A stretch of DNA of 64,000 nucleotides from the NCBI GenBank assembly GCA_963716705.1, contig CAVQTW010000028.1:3047-67046 (forward strand), written 5' to 3'. The stretch comes from an uncultured Alphaproteobacteria bacterium (lineage in GTDB: Bacteria; Pseudomonadota; Alphaproteobacteria; Acetobacterales; Acetobacteraceae). Below the pieces are notes generated by a model, which was not told the origin of the DNA, did no database searches, and saw only the letters and a program-made list of their open reading frames with translations. Position 1 is the first letter of the stretch, and each line of letters begins with the position of its first letter. This document shows positions 43,705 to 57,949 of this stretch, piece by piece. The position numbers and the translations under genes are program-made.

Positions 43705-44240
43705 TCAGCCCTCGGGCAGCGGGTCGGAGCCCTTGATCTCCAGGGCTTCGAGCACGCGGGAGACGCAGTTGTAGCCCGCGATGGTCGCCGTGAGTTCCAC
43801 CACCTGGCGTGGCGGGAACAGCGCGGCGACAGCCTGCGCCACATCGTCGGGCACATGGACGTGCCTGGTCATCGCGTCGCAATAGGCGAGCGCGGCGCGT
43901 TCGGTCGGCATCGAAGGCGTCGCTGCCTTCCCAGGCCGGCAGCGCGTCCAGCTGCGCCTGGCTCATGCCCTCCTTCAGCGCGATGGGGGCATGCGCCTCC
44001 CATTCGTAGGAGGCGCCGTTGATCGCGGCGATGCGGCAGATGACCATCTCGCGCAACGCGCCGGGCAGCGTGGAATGCCAGCGCACGGCATCGAACATGC
44101 GCGATCCAGCCCTGCGCGATCGGCGGCGCATGGAGCAGCATGCGATGCAGGTGCCCGACCTTCTTGCGCGATGCGCGGATGGTCTGCGCCGCCGCCTGGT
44201 GGTCGGGATGCGTTGTGTCGGCATAGGGCAGTCTGGCCAT
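43705..44240 (-). CDS. Carboxymuconolactone decarboxylase / AhpD-like protein, frameshifted
   Basis: MARLPYAD, LREMVICRIA..N.ASYEWEAH, VVELTATIAGYNCVSR. Confidence 0.75.
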
Positions 44241-44259
44241 GTCGGGTCTCCGGTGGAGG

Positions 44260-44740
44260 TCAGGCGGGGCGGCGGCGCAGCAGGTAGCGCTGGCGGCCTT
44301 CGAGCACCAGTTCGCGCTTCTGGTTGTGCACGGTGCTGCGCAGCCCGAGCACGCCGGTGGTGCGCTGCGGCGCGATCTCGTCCACTTCCAGCGCCGGGTA
44401 GAGCGTGTCGCCGACGAACACCGGATGCAGGAAGCGGCTGAGACTGGTCGAGGAAACCCTTCAGGCTCTCCTCGACCATGTGCGGGAACATCCCCGCCCC
44501 CGCCGCCGTCTGGATCACCACCTGGTAGCCATGGGCGAGCATGTGCGGCATGCCGCGCGCGCGACAGTATTCGGCGTCGTAATGCACCGGATGGTTGTCG
44601 CCCGAGGCGGCCTGGAAGGCGAGGAAGATCGCCTCGGTCATGGTGCGGCTCGGCAGGATGAAGCGCTCGCCGAGGGTGAAGTCCTCGAACCAGCGCTGCC
44701 GCGGCACCATGCGGTGCGCGGCGGGGTCGAAGCCGGTCAC
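44260..44740 (-). CDS. MaoC family dehydratase, frameshifted near 44440
   Basis: FEDFTLG, ASGDNHPVHYD, LAHG, PVFVGDTL. Confidence 0.8.
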
Positions 44741-46368
44741 GGCGTGACGTAGCCGCGTTCAAGGTCGCGTGCGCGGGCCTCGGGCGAACGCGCGGCGGGG
44801 TCGCCGAAGCCGCCGCCGCCGGAGGTCTCCAGCCGCACGATATCGCCGCGCTTCAAACGCACGCCATCGCTTTTCGGCGCGATGGGTGTCTCGACGCCAT
44901 CACGGATGCGCACCAGGCGCCCCAGGCTGCCGGGGCCGCCACCGGCCAGCCCGTAGGGCGGGAAGCGGAAGCGATCCATGTTCGCGGTGAACACGCCCGC
45001 CGGGCTGTCCACGCGCCATTCGCGGAACAGGCCAAGCCCGCCGCGATACTGCCCCTCTCCGCCCGAGCCGGACATCAGCCCGTAGCGCGTGATGGTGAGC
45101 GGCATCTGGCTCTCGATCATCTCGACCGGGATATTCGCGTTGTTGTGCATGCCGAAGGCCCAGGCGTTCACGCCATCCTTGGCCGGATGCCCGCCGGTGC
45201 CGCCGATCTCGATCTCGACCAGCACCTCGCGCGCGCCGTCCTCGGCCTCGGTCTGGAAGGTCGCGACATAGGAGCCGCCGTAATAGGCCGCGGGCATCCG
45301 CTCCGGCAGCGCCTGGTGCAGGCAGCCGAAGATGACATTGGCGAGGCGATGGCCGACCGCGATGCGATGCGCAACCGAGGCCGGCGCGCGGCAGGAGGTG
45401 ACGCTGCCTTCGCGGTGGCGGATATGGATGGGCCGGTAGCAGCCGGCATTGGCCGGCATGGCGCCATCGGTCGCGGCGATGATGGCGTAGTACACGGCGC
45501 AGTTGGACATCGCCGGCGTGCAGTTGATGGGGCCGCGCTGCTGGTCGGCGCAGCCGGTGAGGTCCACCGCGATCTCATCCCCGCGCACGGTGACGCCGGC
45601 GTGCAGGCGCACGGGTTCGCCGGAGATGCCGTCATCATCGAGGAAATCCTCGAATTCATAGGTGCCGTCGGGCATGGCGCGGATGGCCGCGCGCATGGCG
45701 GCCTCGCTCATGTCGAGGATGCGCGCGGTCGCTTCCAGCAGCGCCGGCGCGCCGTGGCGCGTGGCCAGGCGCCGGATGGAGGCGGCGCCCACATCGAGGC
45801 TCGCCAGCTGCGATTGCAGGTCGCCCAGCATCAGCGCCGGCTTGCGCACGTTCTGGCCGATCATCTCCCAGACCGCGCGGTTGAGCCGGCCATTCTCGAT
45901 GAGCTTCAGCGGCGGAATGCGCAGCCCTTCCTGGAACACCTCGGTGGCGGTGGCGGCGTAGGAGCCCGGCGCCATGCCGCCCATGTCGATGTGGTGGCAC
46001 AGCGCGCCGACATAGGCGACGCGCTGCCCCTCATGCATCACCGGCTTGAACACCAGCACGTCGTTGAGGTGCTGCGCGCCGCAATAGGGGTCGTTGGTGG
46101 CGACGACGTCATCCGCGCCCCAGTCATCGGCATTGACGAAGCGGTCGAGCAGCGTGCGCAGCGCCGCACCCATCGAGTTCAGGTGCTGCGGGATGCGCGC
46201 GGATTGCGCGACGTTGTTGCCCTCGGCATCGAACACGGCGGTGGAATAGTCGAGCAGCTCGCGCACGATGGTGCTGCGGCTGGTGCGCCAGATGGTGATG
46301 TCCATCTCGGCCGCCGCCGCGGTCAGCGCGTTGCGGATGACCTCGATCTCGATGGGGCCGAGACTCAT
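44737..46368 (-). CDS. Hydantoinase B / oxoprolinase family protein (pair 1)
   Basis: RELLDYS, NDPYCGAQHLND, HHIDMGG, FQEGLRIPP, SGGGGFG. Confidence 0.92.
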   Translation of the reverse strand: MSLGPIEIEVIRNALTAAAAEMDITIWRTSRSTIVRELLDYSTAVFDAEGNNVAQSARIPQHLNSMGAALRTLLDRFVNADDWGADDVVATNDPYCGAQHLNDVLVFKPVMHEGQRVAYVGALCHHIDMGGMAPGSYAATATEVFQEGLRIPPLKLIENGRLNRAVWEMIGQNVRKPALMLGDLQSQLASLDVGAASIRRLATRHGAPALLEATARILDMSEAAMRAAIRAMPDGTYEFEDFLDDDGISGEPVRLHAGVTVRGDEIAVDLTGCADQQRGPINCTPAMSNCAVYYAIIAATDGAMPANAGCYRPIHIRHREGSVTSCRAPASVAHRIAVGHRLANVIFGCLHQALPERMPAAYYGGSYVATFQTEAEDGAREVLVEIEIGGTGGHPAKDGVNAWAFGMHNNANIPVEMIESQMPLTITRYGLMSGSGGEGQYRGGLGLFREWRVDSPAGVFTANMDRFRFPPYGLAGGGPGSLGRLVRIRDGVETPIAPKSDGVRLKRGDIVRLETSGGGGFGDPAARSPEARARDLERGYVTP

Positions 46369-48434
46369 GGCGCGATCCTCCGGGCCATCAGCGTGCCGGC
46401 GGGGCCGAGCGTGGCCCTCCAGCCGCGGGTGATCCAATGCGTGGCGAAGGCTTCCTCGACGATGGCGGGGCCTTCGATGATGTCCGCCTGTGTCAGCGCC
46501 TCGCGGTCCCAGACCGGCACGTCGCGCCAGGCGCCGCCATCATGGACGCGGCGCGCACCCTTCAGCGCCGGGCGTGCGGCCGGCGGCGGGTCGGACAGGT
46601 CCGGCTTGTCGAGCAGCCCGGTCGCGATGGCGCGCAGCGTCACGATCTCCACCGGCTCGCCGGGATTGGCGTAGGAGAAGCGCTGGCGGTGCATGGCGTG
46701 GAAGGCCTCGACCATGGCGGCCAGCGTGGTGTCGTCGAGATCCGTGACCTCACCCCAGCGGGATGAGGAGTTCGAAGGCCTGGCCGTGGTAGCGCATGTC
46801 GGCGGCGATCGCGATGCGGCGGCGCTCGGGCGCGATGCCGTCCTGCGCAAGCCGTGCTTCGGCCTCGCGGCGCAACGCGGCGATCGTCCGCGTGATCGCA
46901 GCGAGGTTCGCGGCCTCGGCGCGCATCACGCGCGACTGCGCGATGTCCTGCGTGAGGTCGGAGAACAGGATGCCGTAGGCCGAGAGCGTTCCGGGTTCGC
47001 GCGGGAACGCAACCTCGGCGATGCCCAGTTCCGCCGCCACATCGGTGGCGTGCAGCCCGCCCGCACCGCCGAAGGAGAGCATGCAGAAATCCCGCGGATC
47101 GAGCCCCTTCTCGAACAGCGACAGGCGGATCGCCGCGCCGAGGCTGGCATTGGTGACCGTCAGCACGCCTTCGGCCGCCTGCTCGACGCTCAGGCCGAGC
47201 GGTGCGCCGACATGCGTCGTCCAGCGCCGCGCGCGTCGCCGGCATGTCGAGGCGCATCATGCCCGCCGAGGAAGAACTCCGGATCGAGCCGGCCGAGTGC
47301 GAGGTTGGCATCCGTCACCGTCGGCTCGGTGCCGCCGCGCCCATACGCACACCGGCCCGGGATGCGCACCGGCGCTGCGCGGCCCGGCCGTGAGGCGCCC
47401 GCCCGCATCGACGGAGGCGATGGACCCACCGCCCGCGCCGATGGTGCGCATCTCGACCATCGGCAGGCGCACCGGCAGCCGGTCGATCTCGCCCTGCGTC
47501 ACGACGGCCACGCGCCCCTCCTGCACGACCGACACGTCGAAGGAGGTGCCGCCCATGTCCACCGCCGACCAGGTTGGGCCGTGACAGCAGCGCCGACAGG
47601 CGCCCCGCCGCCAGCGCGCCGCCGGATGGCCCCGACAGCAGCAGCCGCGCCGGCTGCTCGGCCGCCATGCGCAGGCTGCACACGCCGCCATTGGACTGCA
47701 CGAGGAACACCAGCGGATGGAAGCCGCCTTCGCCCAGCCGCGCCTCCAGCCGGTCGAGATACGCCTTCACGACCGGCACCAGCAGCGCGTTCAGCACCGT
47801 GGTCGATGTGCGTTCGTATTCGCGGATCTCGGGCGAGATGTCGCTCGACAGCGACACCGGCAGGTCCGGCCGCGCGGCGTGCAGCATCTCGGCGAGGCGG
47901 CGCTCATGGGCCGGATTGGCGTAGGCGTGCAGCAGCGAAACCGCGACGCATTCGCCGCGCAGGTCACCGATGCGCTGGATGAGCGCGCCGACCGCCGCCT
48001 CGTCCAGCGGCCATCTCCGCCGTGCCATCCGCGCGCATGCGCTCCGGCACGCCCAGGCGCCGGTCGCGCGGGATCAGGGTGGGGAACGGGTCGGGGGCAA
48101 GGCCGTAGATGTCGCGCCGGACATGGCGGTTGATCTCCAGCACATCCTCGAAGCCGGCCGTCGTCAGCAGCACGCCGCGCGCCAGGCGCCGTTCGAGCAC
48201 GGCGTTGGTGGCGATGGTGGTGCCATGCAGCAGCAGCCCGACATCGGCGAGGTCGAAGCCGAAGCGCTCCGCGGCCTCATCCACGCCGCGCAGCAGGCCG
48301 ATCGAGGGATCCTCCGGCGTGGTCGGCGTTTTCCACGCGCGCGCGATGCCCTGGCGCGCGTCGAGCACCTGCAGGTCGGTGAAGGTGCCACCGATATCGA
48401 CCGCGATTCGCACCGGGCGCGCCTGGCTGTTCAT
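46365..48434 (-). CDS. Hydantoinase A / oxoprolinase family protein (pair 1), frameshifted
   Basis: [46 protein letters not shown]. Confidence 0.88.
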
Positions 48435-48636
48435 GCCCGGGCGCTCGCGGCGCATGCCGTGCCCAACATTGTCTCTTGCCATGTCACCCCCGCTTGCTGG
48501 GTGCCCACGCTAAAGCAATCCGCGCCCTGCTCAAATCCGGGCCGCAGGGGTTTCGCGCTGCCGGGCATGGGGCCATGCTGCGGGCATCGCCTGGCCGCGC
48601 GATGATCGAGACAAGCGAACCGGAGCCCACGCCGCC

Positions 48637-50740
48637 ATGAATCATGCCCGTCTCGCCGTCGATATCGGCGGCACCTTCACCGACCTGGTGCTGGAGACGC
48701 CGCGCGGCGCTGCAGACATGCAAGGTGCTGACCACGCCGGAGGCACCCGAACGCGCCGTGCTCGACGGCGCGCGCGCCATCCTGGCCGCGGCGGCTTGCG
48801 CACCGGGCGAGGTCGGGCTGGTCGTCCACGGCACGACGCTCGCCACCAATGCGCTGATCGAGCGCAAGGGCGCCCGCACCGCGCTGCTCACCACCGAGGG
48901 CTTCCGCGATTCCGTCGAGATCGCCTACGAGCACCGCTTCGACCAGTACGACCTCACGATGCGAGCGGCCCGAACCGCTGGTGCCGCGCGACCTGCGCCT
49001 CGGCGTGCCCGAGCGCATGGCCGCCGACGGCAGCGTGCTGCTGCCGCTCGACGAGGCCGGCCGTGCGCGCCACCGCCGCCGACGCTGCGCGCGCGCGGGC
49101 ATCGAGGCCGTCGCGGTCGTGCTTCCTGCACTCCTTCGCCAACCCGGCGCACGAGCGCCGCGCGGCGCAGATCCTGGCCGAGGAACTGCCCGGCGTCGCC
49201 GTCACGCTCTCCTGCGAGGTCTGCGCCCGAGATCCGCGAGTACGAGCGCACCTCCACCACCGTCGCCAATGCCTATGTGCAGCCGCTGATGGCGGCGCTA
49301 TCTCGGCCGCGCTCGAACAGCGGGCTGCGCGAGCCGGCATCGCCTGCCCGCTCCTGCTGATGATGTCCTCGGGCGGCGTGACCACCATCGAGACCGCGCG
49401 GCGCTTCCCGATCCGCCTGGTCGAGATCGGGCCCGGCCGGCGGCGCCATCCTGGCCCAGGCCGTCGCGGCCGAGAACGCGGCTCGACGAGGTGCTCTCCT
49501 TCGACATGGGCGGCACCACCGCCAAGATCTGCCTGATCGACCGGCTGGAATGCCAGCGCACGCCGCGCACTTCGAGGTGGCGCGCGCCTATCGCTTCCTG
49601 AAGGGCAGCGGCCTGCCGGTGCGCATCCCGGTGATCGAGATGGTCGAGATCGGCGCCGGCGGCGGCTCGATCGCGCGCGTCGACGCGCTGGGGCGCATCC
49701 AGGTCGGGCCCGACAGCGCCGGCGCCGTGCCCGGGCCCGGCCTGCTACGGCCGCGGCGGCACGCAGCCGACCGTCACCGATGCCGATGTGGCGCTGGGCC
49801 GGCTCGACCCCGACGCGCTTCGCCGGCGGCCGATCGGCGCTCGACGCCGACGCGCGCCGCAGGCGGCGGTGGCGGCGCATGTGGCGCGGCCGATGTCGCT
49901 GGGCGATCTGCGGCGCCGTCGGCGTCGCCGAGATCGTCGACGAGAACATGGCCAATGCCGCGCGCGTGCATGCCGTCGAGAGCGGCAAGGACACCGCCGG
50001 GCGCACGCATGATCGCCTTCGGCGGCGCGGCGCCGCTGCATGCCGCGCGGCTGGCGCGAGAAGCTCGGCATCGACGCGCATCGTCGTGCCGCTCGGCGCC
50101 GGCGTCGGCTCGGCGCATCGGCTTCCTGCGCGCGCCGATCGCCTACGAGGTGGTGCGCAGCCGGTACATGCGCCTCGAGCGCTTCGACGCCGACGCCGGT
50201 CAACGCGCTGTTCGCCGAGATGCGCGCGGAGGCCGAGCGCGGTGGTGCGCGCGCGGCGCGCCGGCCGCGGTGCTCGGCGAGACGCCGCATCGCCTTCATG
50301 CGCTATCTCGGCCAGGGCCACGAGATCGCCGTGGCGCTGCCCGGCGCGCGACGCTCGCCGACGGCGACGCCGCCATGCTGCACGCCGCCTTCGAGGCCGC
50401 CTACACGCGCGCTGTTCGGCCGCGTCATCCCGCGCCTGGAGGTCGAGGCGCTGACCTGGTCGCCCTCGCGCTGTCGGCGTCACGCGCGTTGCCCGCGCGC
50501 GTCGGCGAACCGCCGCCCCTGCCCTCGCCCGCAGCCGCCGGCCTTCCGCGACGCTCACTCGATCCCGGGACCGGCGCGGCCGAACCGGCGGCGGTCCATG
50601 AGCGCGCCGCCCTGCTGCCCGGCGCGCGCTGGCGGGGCCGGCGCTGATCGTGGAGGACGAGACCACCACCGTGGTCGCCGCGCGGCATGGGCGCGCGCAT
50701 CAATGCCCTGCACCACATCGTCCTGGAGGCCACGCCATGA
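48637..50740 (+). CDS. Hydantoinase A / oxoprolinase family protein (pair 2), heavily frameshifted
   Basis: [50 protein letters not shown]. Confidence 0.85.
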
Positions 50741-52397
50741 GCACCGAGGCAGCATCCGCCGCTGGCGGGCGACATCCGCTGCCAGGTCATGTGGAACCGC
50801 CTGATCGCGGTGGTCGAGGAACAGGCGCAGACGCTGGTGCGCACCGCCTTCTCGACCAGCGCGCGCGAGGCCGGCGACCTCTCGGCCGGCGTCTTCGACC
50901 TCGAGGGCCGGATGCTGGCGCAGGCGGTGACCGGCACGCCCGGCCACGTCAACTCCATGGCGCGCAGCGGTCGTGCATTTCCTCGCAGCGAGTTCCCGGC
51001 CGCAGACCATGAAGCCGGGCGACGTCTACATCACCAACGACCCGTGGAAGGGCACCGGCCACCTGAACGACCTCGTCGTCACCTCGCCGGCCTTCCACGA
51101 CGGGCAAGCTGGTGGCGCTGTTCGCCTGCACCACCCACCTGGTCGACATCGGCGGCCTCGGGCTTCGCGCCGACGGCACGCAGGTCTTCCACGAAGGCCT
51201 GTACATCCCGCTGCATGCCGCTGGCGCGGCAGGGCGGATGGACGAGACGCTGATGCGCATCATCCGCGCCAACGTGCGCGAGCCGGTGCAGGTCGAGGGC
51301 GACATCTACTCGCTGATCGCCTGCAACGAGATCGGCGAGCGCCGCCTGTCGCGATGATGGCACGAGTACGGGCTCGACGACCTCGACGAGCTCGGCGCGC
51401 TACATCTTCGACCGGTCGCCGCGCGGGCATGACGGCGGCCATCGCGCAAGCTGCCGCACGGCACCTGGACAGCGCACATGCGCATCGACGGCTACGACGC
51501 AGCCGATCGACCTGCGGCCGCCGTCACCGTCGCCGACGACCACGTCGAGGTGGACTACGCCGGCACCTCGGCGGCCGTCGGACCGCGGCATCAACTGCCC
51601 GCTGTGCTACACCGACGCCTACACCGCCTTCGGCGTGAAGTGCGTGGTCGGCGCCGACGATCCCGAACAACGCCGGCTCGCTGGATGCGATCCGGGTCAC
51701 GGCGCCCGGAGAGCACCATCGTCAACGCGCCGCATCCCTGCGCCGGTGACCGCGCGCTCGCACCATCGGCCAGATGCTGCCCGACGTGGTGCTTCGGCTG
51801 CCTGCACCAGGCGATGCCCGAGCGCGTGCCGGCCGAAGGCACCTCCAGCCTGTGGAACCTGAAGCTCGGCGCCGGGCCACGGCATCGACCGGCGCCGAAG
51901 GCGGCAACGCCGCCTTCATGCGTCGACCACCTTCCACTCCGGCGGCACCGGCGCGCGCCCGGCGCAGGACGGGCTGTCGGCCACGCCCTTCCCGTCCGGC
52001 GTGCGCAACGTGCCGGTGGAGATCACCGAGGCGATCACGCCCGCTGGTGTTCTGGCGCAAGGAATTACCGCCGGACTCCGGCGGCGCCGGCGCGGCAGCG
52101 CGGCGGCCTCGGCCAGGTGATGGAGGTCGAGCAGCGCGACGGCGCGCCCTTCGGCATCTTCGCCACCTTCGAGCGCGTGAAGCACCCGGCGCGCGGCCGC
52201 GACGGCGGCGAGGATGGGCGGCGCGGCCGGCTCTCGCTCGCCTCCGGCACCGAGCTGAGCCCAAGGGCTTCCAGGTCGTCCCGGCCGGGGAGCGGCTGAT
52301 CGTCGAGATGCCCGGCGGCGGCGGCTACGGTGCCTCCGCGGAACGGGACCCCGATGCGGCGGCAAGGGACCGCCGCCTGGGCTACGTCACGGAGTGA
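50737..52397 (+). CDS. Hydantoinase B / oxoprolinase family protein (pair 2), heavily frameshifted
   Basis: MWNRLIAVVEE, REAGDLS, TNDPWKGTGHLND, HLVDIGG, PGGGGYG. Confidence 0.85.
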
Positions 52398-52472
52398 TCG
52401 GCGGGGGGTGAAGCCGCGCACCGCCCAACCCCCGGCCTTGCCCCCGGCACGCGCCGGCGCTACCCGCCCTGC

Positions 52473-54647
<2,175 letters not shown>

Positions 54648-54651
<4 letters not shown>

Positions 54652-55122
54652 GCGGCGGACCCGACCACGAATACCACGGACTTACGCAGCTCGGCCGCCC
54701 GACCACCCTGCCCGCGAACCCGCGGGACGCGGTGCTCGAGAAGGTCGCCGCACCACACCAGGGGCTACGCTACTGCGTCCGCTTCACGGCGCCGGAATTC
54801 ACCTCGCTGTGCCCGCTGACCGGCCAGCCGGATTTCGCGCATCTGGTGATCGACTACGTGCCCGGCGAATGGATCGTCGAGAGCAAGTCGCTGAAGATCT
54901 ATCTCGGCATCCTTTCGCAACCACGGCGCCTTCCACGAGGCCTGCACGCTGGACATCGCGCAGCGGCTGGTCGGGCTGCTGGCGCCGCTGTGGCTGCGCA
55001 TCGGCGGCTACTGGTATCCGCGCGGCGGCATCCCGATCGACGTGTTCTGGCACAGTGGTCCTGAACCGGAAGGGGTCTGGATCCCGAAGCAGGAGGTCCA
55101 GCCGTATCGTGGGCGCGGGTGA
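54648..55122 (+). CDS. queF: PreQ0 reductase QueF (type I, unimodular), one frameshift
   Basis: [41 protein letters not shown]. Confidence 0.92.
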
Positions 55123-56225
55123 CGCGCGCCGGAGGGGCACCGCCCCGCCGGACCGACCCACCAAGGGCCGAAACGCCTTTGAAGGCCTGAATCCGCGCGA
55201 TGCCGTCCGGCAACACGCCCTCGCCCTCGGCTTCGACGCCGTAGGCTTCGCCCAGCCCATCTTGGACCGGAGGTGCGGGAGCGGCTGGCGCACTTCCTGG
55301 CCGAGGGGCGCCACGGCTCCATGGGTTGGATGGCGGAGCGCGCGGAGCAGCGCGCCCATCCGCAGGCGCTCTGGCCGGAGGCGGTCTCCGTGGTCGTACT
55401 CGGACTGAACTATGGCCCCGGGCGCGACCCGCTGGAGACGCTCGCGCAGCGCGACCGCGGCACAGTCAGCGTCTATGCCCAGGGCCGCGACTATCACGAC
55501 GTGATGAAGAAGCGCCTCAAGGCGCTCGGCCGCTGGATGGCGGAGGCATGGCCCGGCAGCGGCATCAAGGTCTTCGTCGATACCGCGCCGGTCATCGAGA
55601 AGCCGCTGGCGCAGGCCGCCGGGCTTGGCTGGCAGGGCAAGCACACCAACCTGGTCTCGCGCGCGTACGGCTCGTGGCTGTTCCTCGGCGAGGTCTTCAC
55701 CGACGCTCGACCTCGGCGCCGACGCGCCGGAGGCCGACCATTGCGGCACCTGCCGCGCCTGCCTCGACATCTGCCCGACCGCGGCCTTCCCCGCGCCCTA
55801 TGAGCTCGATGCGCGGCGCTGCATCTCCTACCTGACGATCGAGCATCACGGCCCGATCGACCGCCGCGCTGCGGCCGCTGATGGGCAACCGCATCTATGG
55901 CTGCGACGACTGCCTGGCGGTCTGCCCCTGGAACAAGTTCGCCCGCGAGCACAACGAACCCGCCTTCGCGCCGCGCAGCGCGCTGCGCGCGCCGCTGCTG
56001 GCCGACCTGGCCGCGCTGGACGACGCCGCCTTCCGCGCAATGTTTTCTGGCAGTCCGGTCAAGCGCATCGGGCGCGACCGTTTCGTGCGCAACGTCATGA
56101 TCGCGATCGGCAATTCCGGCGATATGGCGCTGCGCCCGGTGGCGCAGGCGCTGGCGGAGGATGCCGACCCGGTAGTTGCCGAGGCCGCGCGCTGGGCGGT
56201 GGAGCGGCTGGAGGATGCAGGATGA
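55119..56225 (+). CDS. queG: Epoxyqueuosine reductase, frameshifted; start approximate
   Basis: [67 protein letters not shown]. Confidence 0.9.
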
Positions 56226-56581
56226 CCAATCGGCGGCTGACGAAGGAGGAACTCGCGACCGCCAATGCGCTGCTGGATGAACTCCGCGGCCGCATGACGA
56301 CGCTCACCGGCGGGGACCCCGCGTTTCTTTTCGCGCTGCGTCGAAAGATCGCAAAGGAACTCAGCTACGACGAGCGCAGCAAACCGATGGAGCGGCGTCG
56401 GCTGAAGGCGCAGAAGCGCAAGGATCAGAACGGGTTCTGCGCCGTCTGCCAACGCCCGTTACCGCCAAGCTACACTGTCCTTGACCGCTTCGAGGCCGCG
56501 AAGGGCTACACGCCCGAGAACACCCGCCTCATCTGCGAATCATGCGACCGCGCCGTGCAGCAGCAGAGGGGATACGCATGA
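56222..56581 (+). CDS. 119-aa protein: helical N-terminus plus HNH-like (CxxC...CxxC) zinc-finger domain lacking the catalytic His
   Basis: [11 protein letters not shown]...[12 protein letters not shown]...VLDRF....[15 protein letters not shown]; ATGA overlaps with the queG stop and the queC start. Confidence 0.75.
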   Translation: MTNRRLTKEELATANALLDELRGRMTTLTGGDPAFLFALRRKIAKELSYDERSKPMERRRLKAQKRKDQNGFCAVCQRPLPPSYTVLDRFEAAKGYTPENTRLICESCDRAVQQQRGYA

Positions 56582-57291
56582 CGTCAGCGGCAGACGACAA
56601 AGCCCTGGTGCTGTTCAGCGGCGGCCAGGATTCCGCCACCTGCGTCGCCTGGGCGCTCGACCGGTTCGCGCGCGTCGAGACGCTCGGCTTCGACTACGGC
56701 CAGCGGCACCGCGTGGAACTCGACTGCCGCGATGCCTTCCGCACCGCGATCCCGGCCATCGACCCGGCCTGGGCCGCGCGGCTCGGACCCGACCACACGC
56801 TCCGCCTCGATGCGCTCGGCGCCATCTCCGAGACCGCGCTCACCCGCGACACCCAGATCACGATGGGCGCCGAAGGCCTGCCGACCACCTTCGTCCCCGG
56901 CCGCAACCTCGTTTTCCTGACCTTCGCCGCGGCACTCGCCTATCGGCGCGGGCTCCGCCGGATCATCACCGGCGTCTGCGAGACCGACTATTCCGGCTAC
57001 CCGGACTGCCGCGACGACACCATCAAGGCGCTGCAGGTCGCGCTCAATCTCGGCATGGAACGCCGCTTCGTGCTCGAGACGCCGCTGATGTGGCTGAGCA
57101 AGGGAGAGACCTGGCGGCTCGCCGAGCGCCTTGGCGGGCAGCCCCTCGTGGCCGCGGTGGTCGAGCACACCCATTCCTGCTATCGCGGCGATCGATCGAC
57201 CCGCCACCACTGGGGCTATGGCTGCGGCGCGTGCCCGGCCTGCGACCTGCGCGCCCGCGGCTGGTCTGACTATGTTTCGGAGCGGCTATGA
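56578..57291 (+). CDS. queC: 7-cyano-7-deazaguanine synthase
   Basis: PP-loop [33 protein letters not shown]...CGACPAC; intact. Confidence 0.95.
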   Translation: MTSAADDKALVLFSGGQDSATCVAWALDRFARVETLGFDYGQRHRVELDCRDAFRTAIPAIDPAWAARLGPDHTLRLDALGAISETALTRDTQITMGAEGLPTTFVPGRNLVFLTFAAALAYRRGLRRIITGVCETDYSGYPDCRDDTIKALQVALNLGMERRFVLETPLMWLSKGETWRLAERLGGQPLVAAVVEHTHSCYRGDRSTRHHWGYGCGACPACDLRARGWSDYVSERL

Positions 57292-57845
57292 CACTGACCC
57301 CACGTGCCGAGGGCGTGCTCGCGCTCATCGGCTTCGGCCTTTGCATCCCCGCCGCCAACTGGCTGATCGGCAACGCCGGCACGTTCTGCGTGCCCAACGG
57401 GCCGTGCCTGGTGCCAGTCGCCCCGGGCCTCATGGCGCCGTCCGGCGTGCTCATGATCGGCCTCGCGCTGGTGTTGCGGGACCTCGTGCAGCGCCGGCTT
57501 GGCGTTGGCTGGGCAGTGGGCGCGGTGCTGGTGGGGGCCGCGCTGTCGGGATTTGTCGCGCCGCCGGCGCTGGTGCTGGCCTCGGCGGCGGCGTTCCTGC
57601 TCAGCGAAATGGCGGATCTGGGCGTCTATACGCCGCTGCAGAAGCGCGGGCTGGTGCTCGCGGTGGCGGCGAGCGGGGCTGTCGGCCTCATCGTGGACAG
57701 TGTGGTGTTCCTGTGGCTTGCCTTTGGCAGCCTCGATTTCCTGGCCGGCCAGGTCGTGGGCAAGGCCTGGATGGTGGTGCTGGCGCTGCCCCTGGTGCAC
57801 CTGCTGCGCCGGCGCGATGAGCGCAGGGGCATCGTGCCGGCCTGA
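57288..57845 (+). CDS. VUT (YhhQ/QPTR) family queuosine-precursor transporter
   Basis: Multi-TM protein with [33 protein letters not shown]; coupled to queC. Confidence 0.8.
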   Translation: MTLTPRAEGVLALIGFGLCIPAANWLIGNAGTFCVPNGPCLVPVAPGLMAPSGVLMIGLALVLRDLVQRRLGVGWAVGAVLVGAALSGFVAPPALVLASAAAFLLSEMADLGVYTPLQKRGLVLAVAASGAVGLIVDSVVFLWLAFGSLDFLAGQVVGKAWMVVLALPLVHLLRRRDERRGIVPA

Positions 57846-57949
57846 CACTTTCGCTCGGCGGGGCGGGGTCGGCACTGGTTCCGGGCATTCTCGCGCGGGC
57901 GCGCCGCGTGCCATAAGCGCGCCGCAACTGTCCCAAGCGCCGGAATTCC

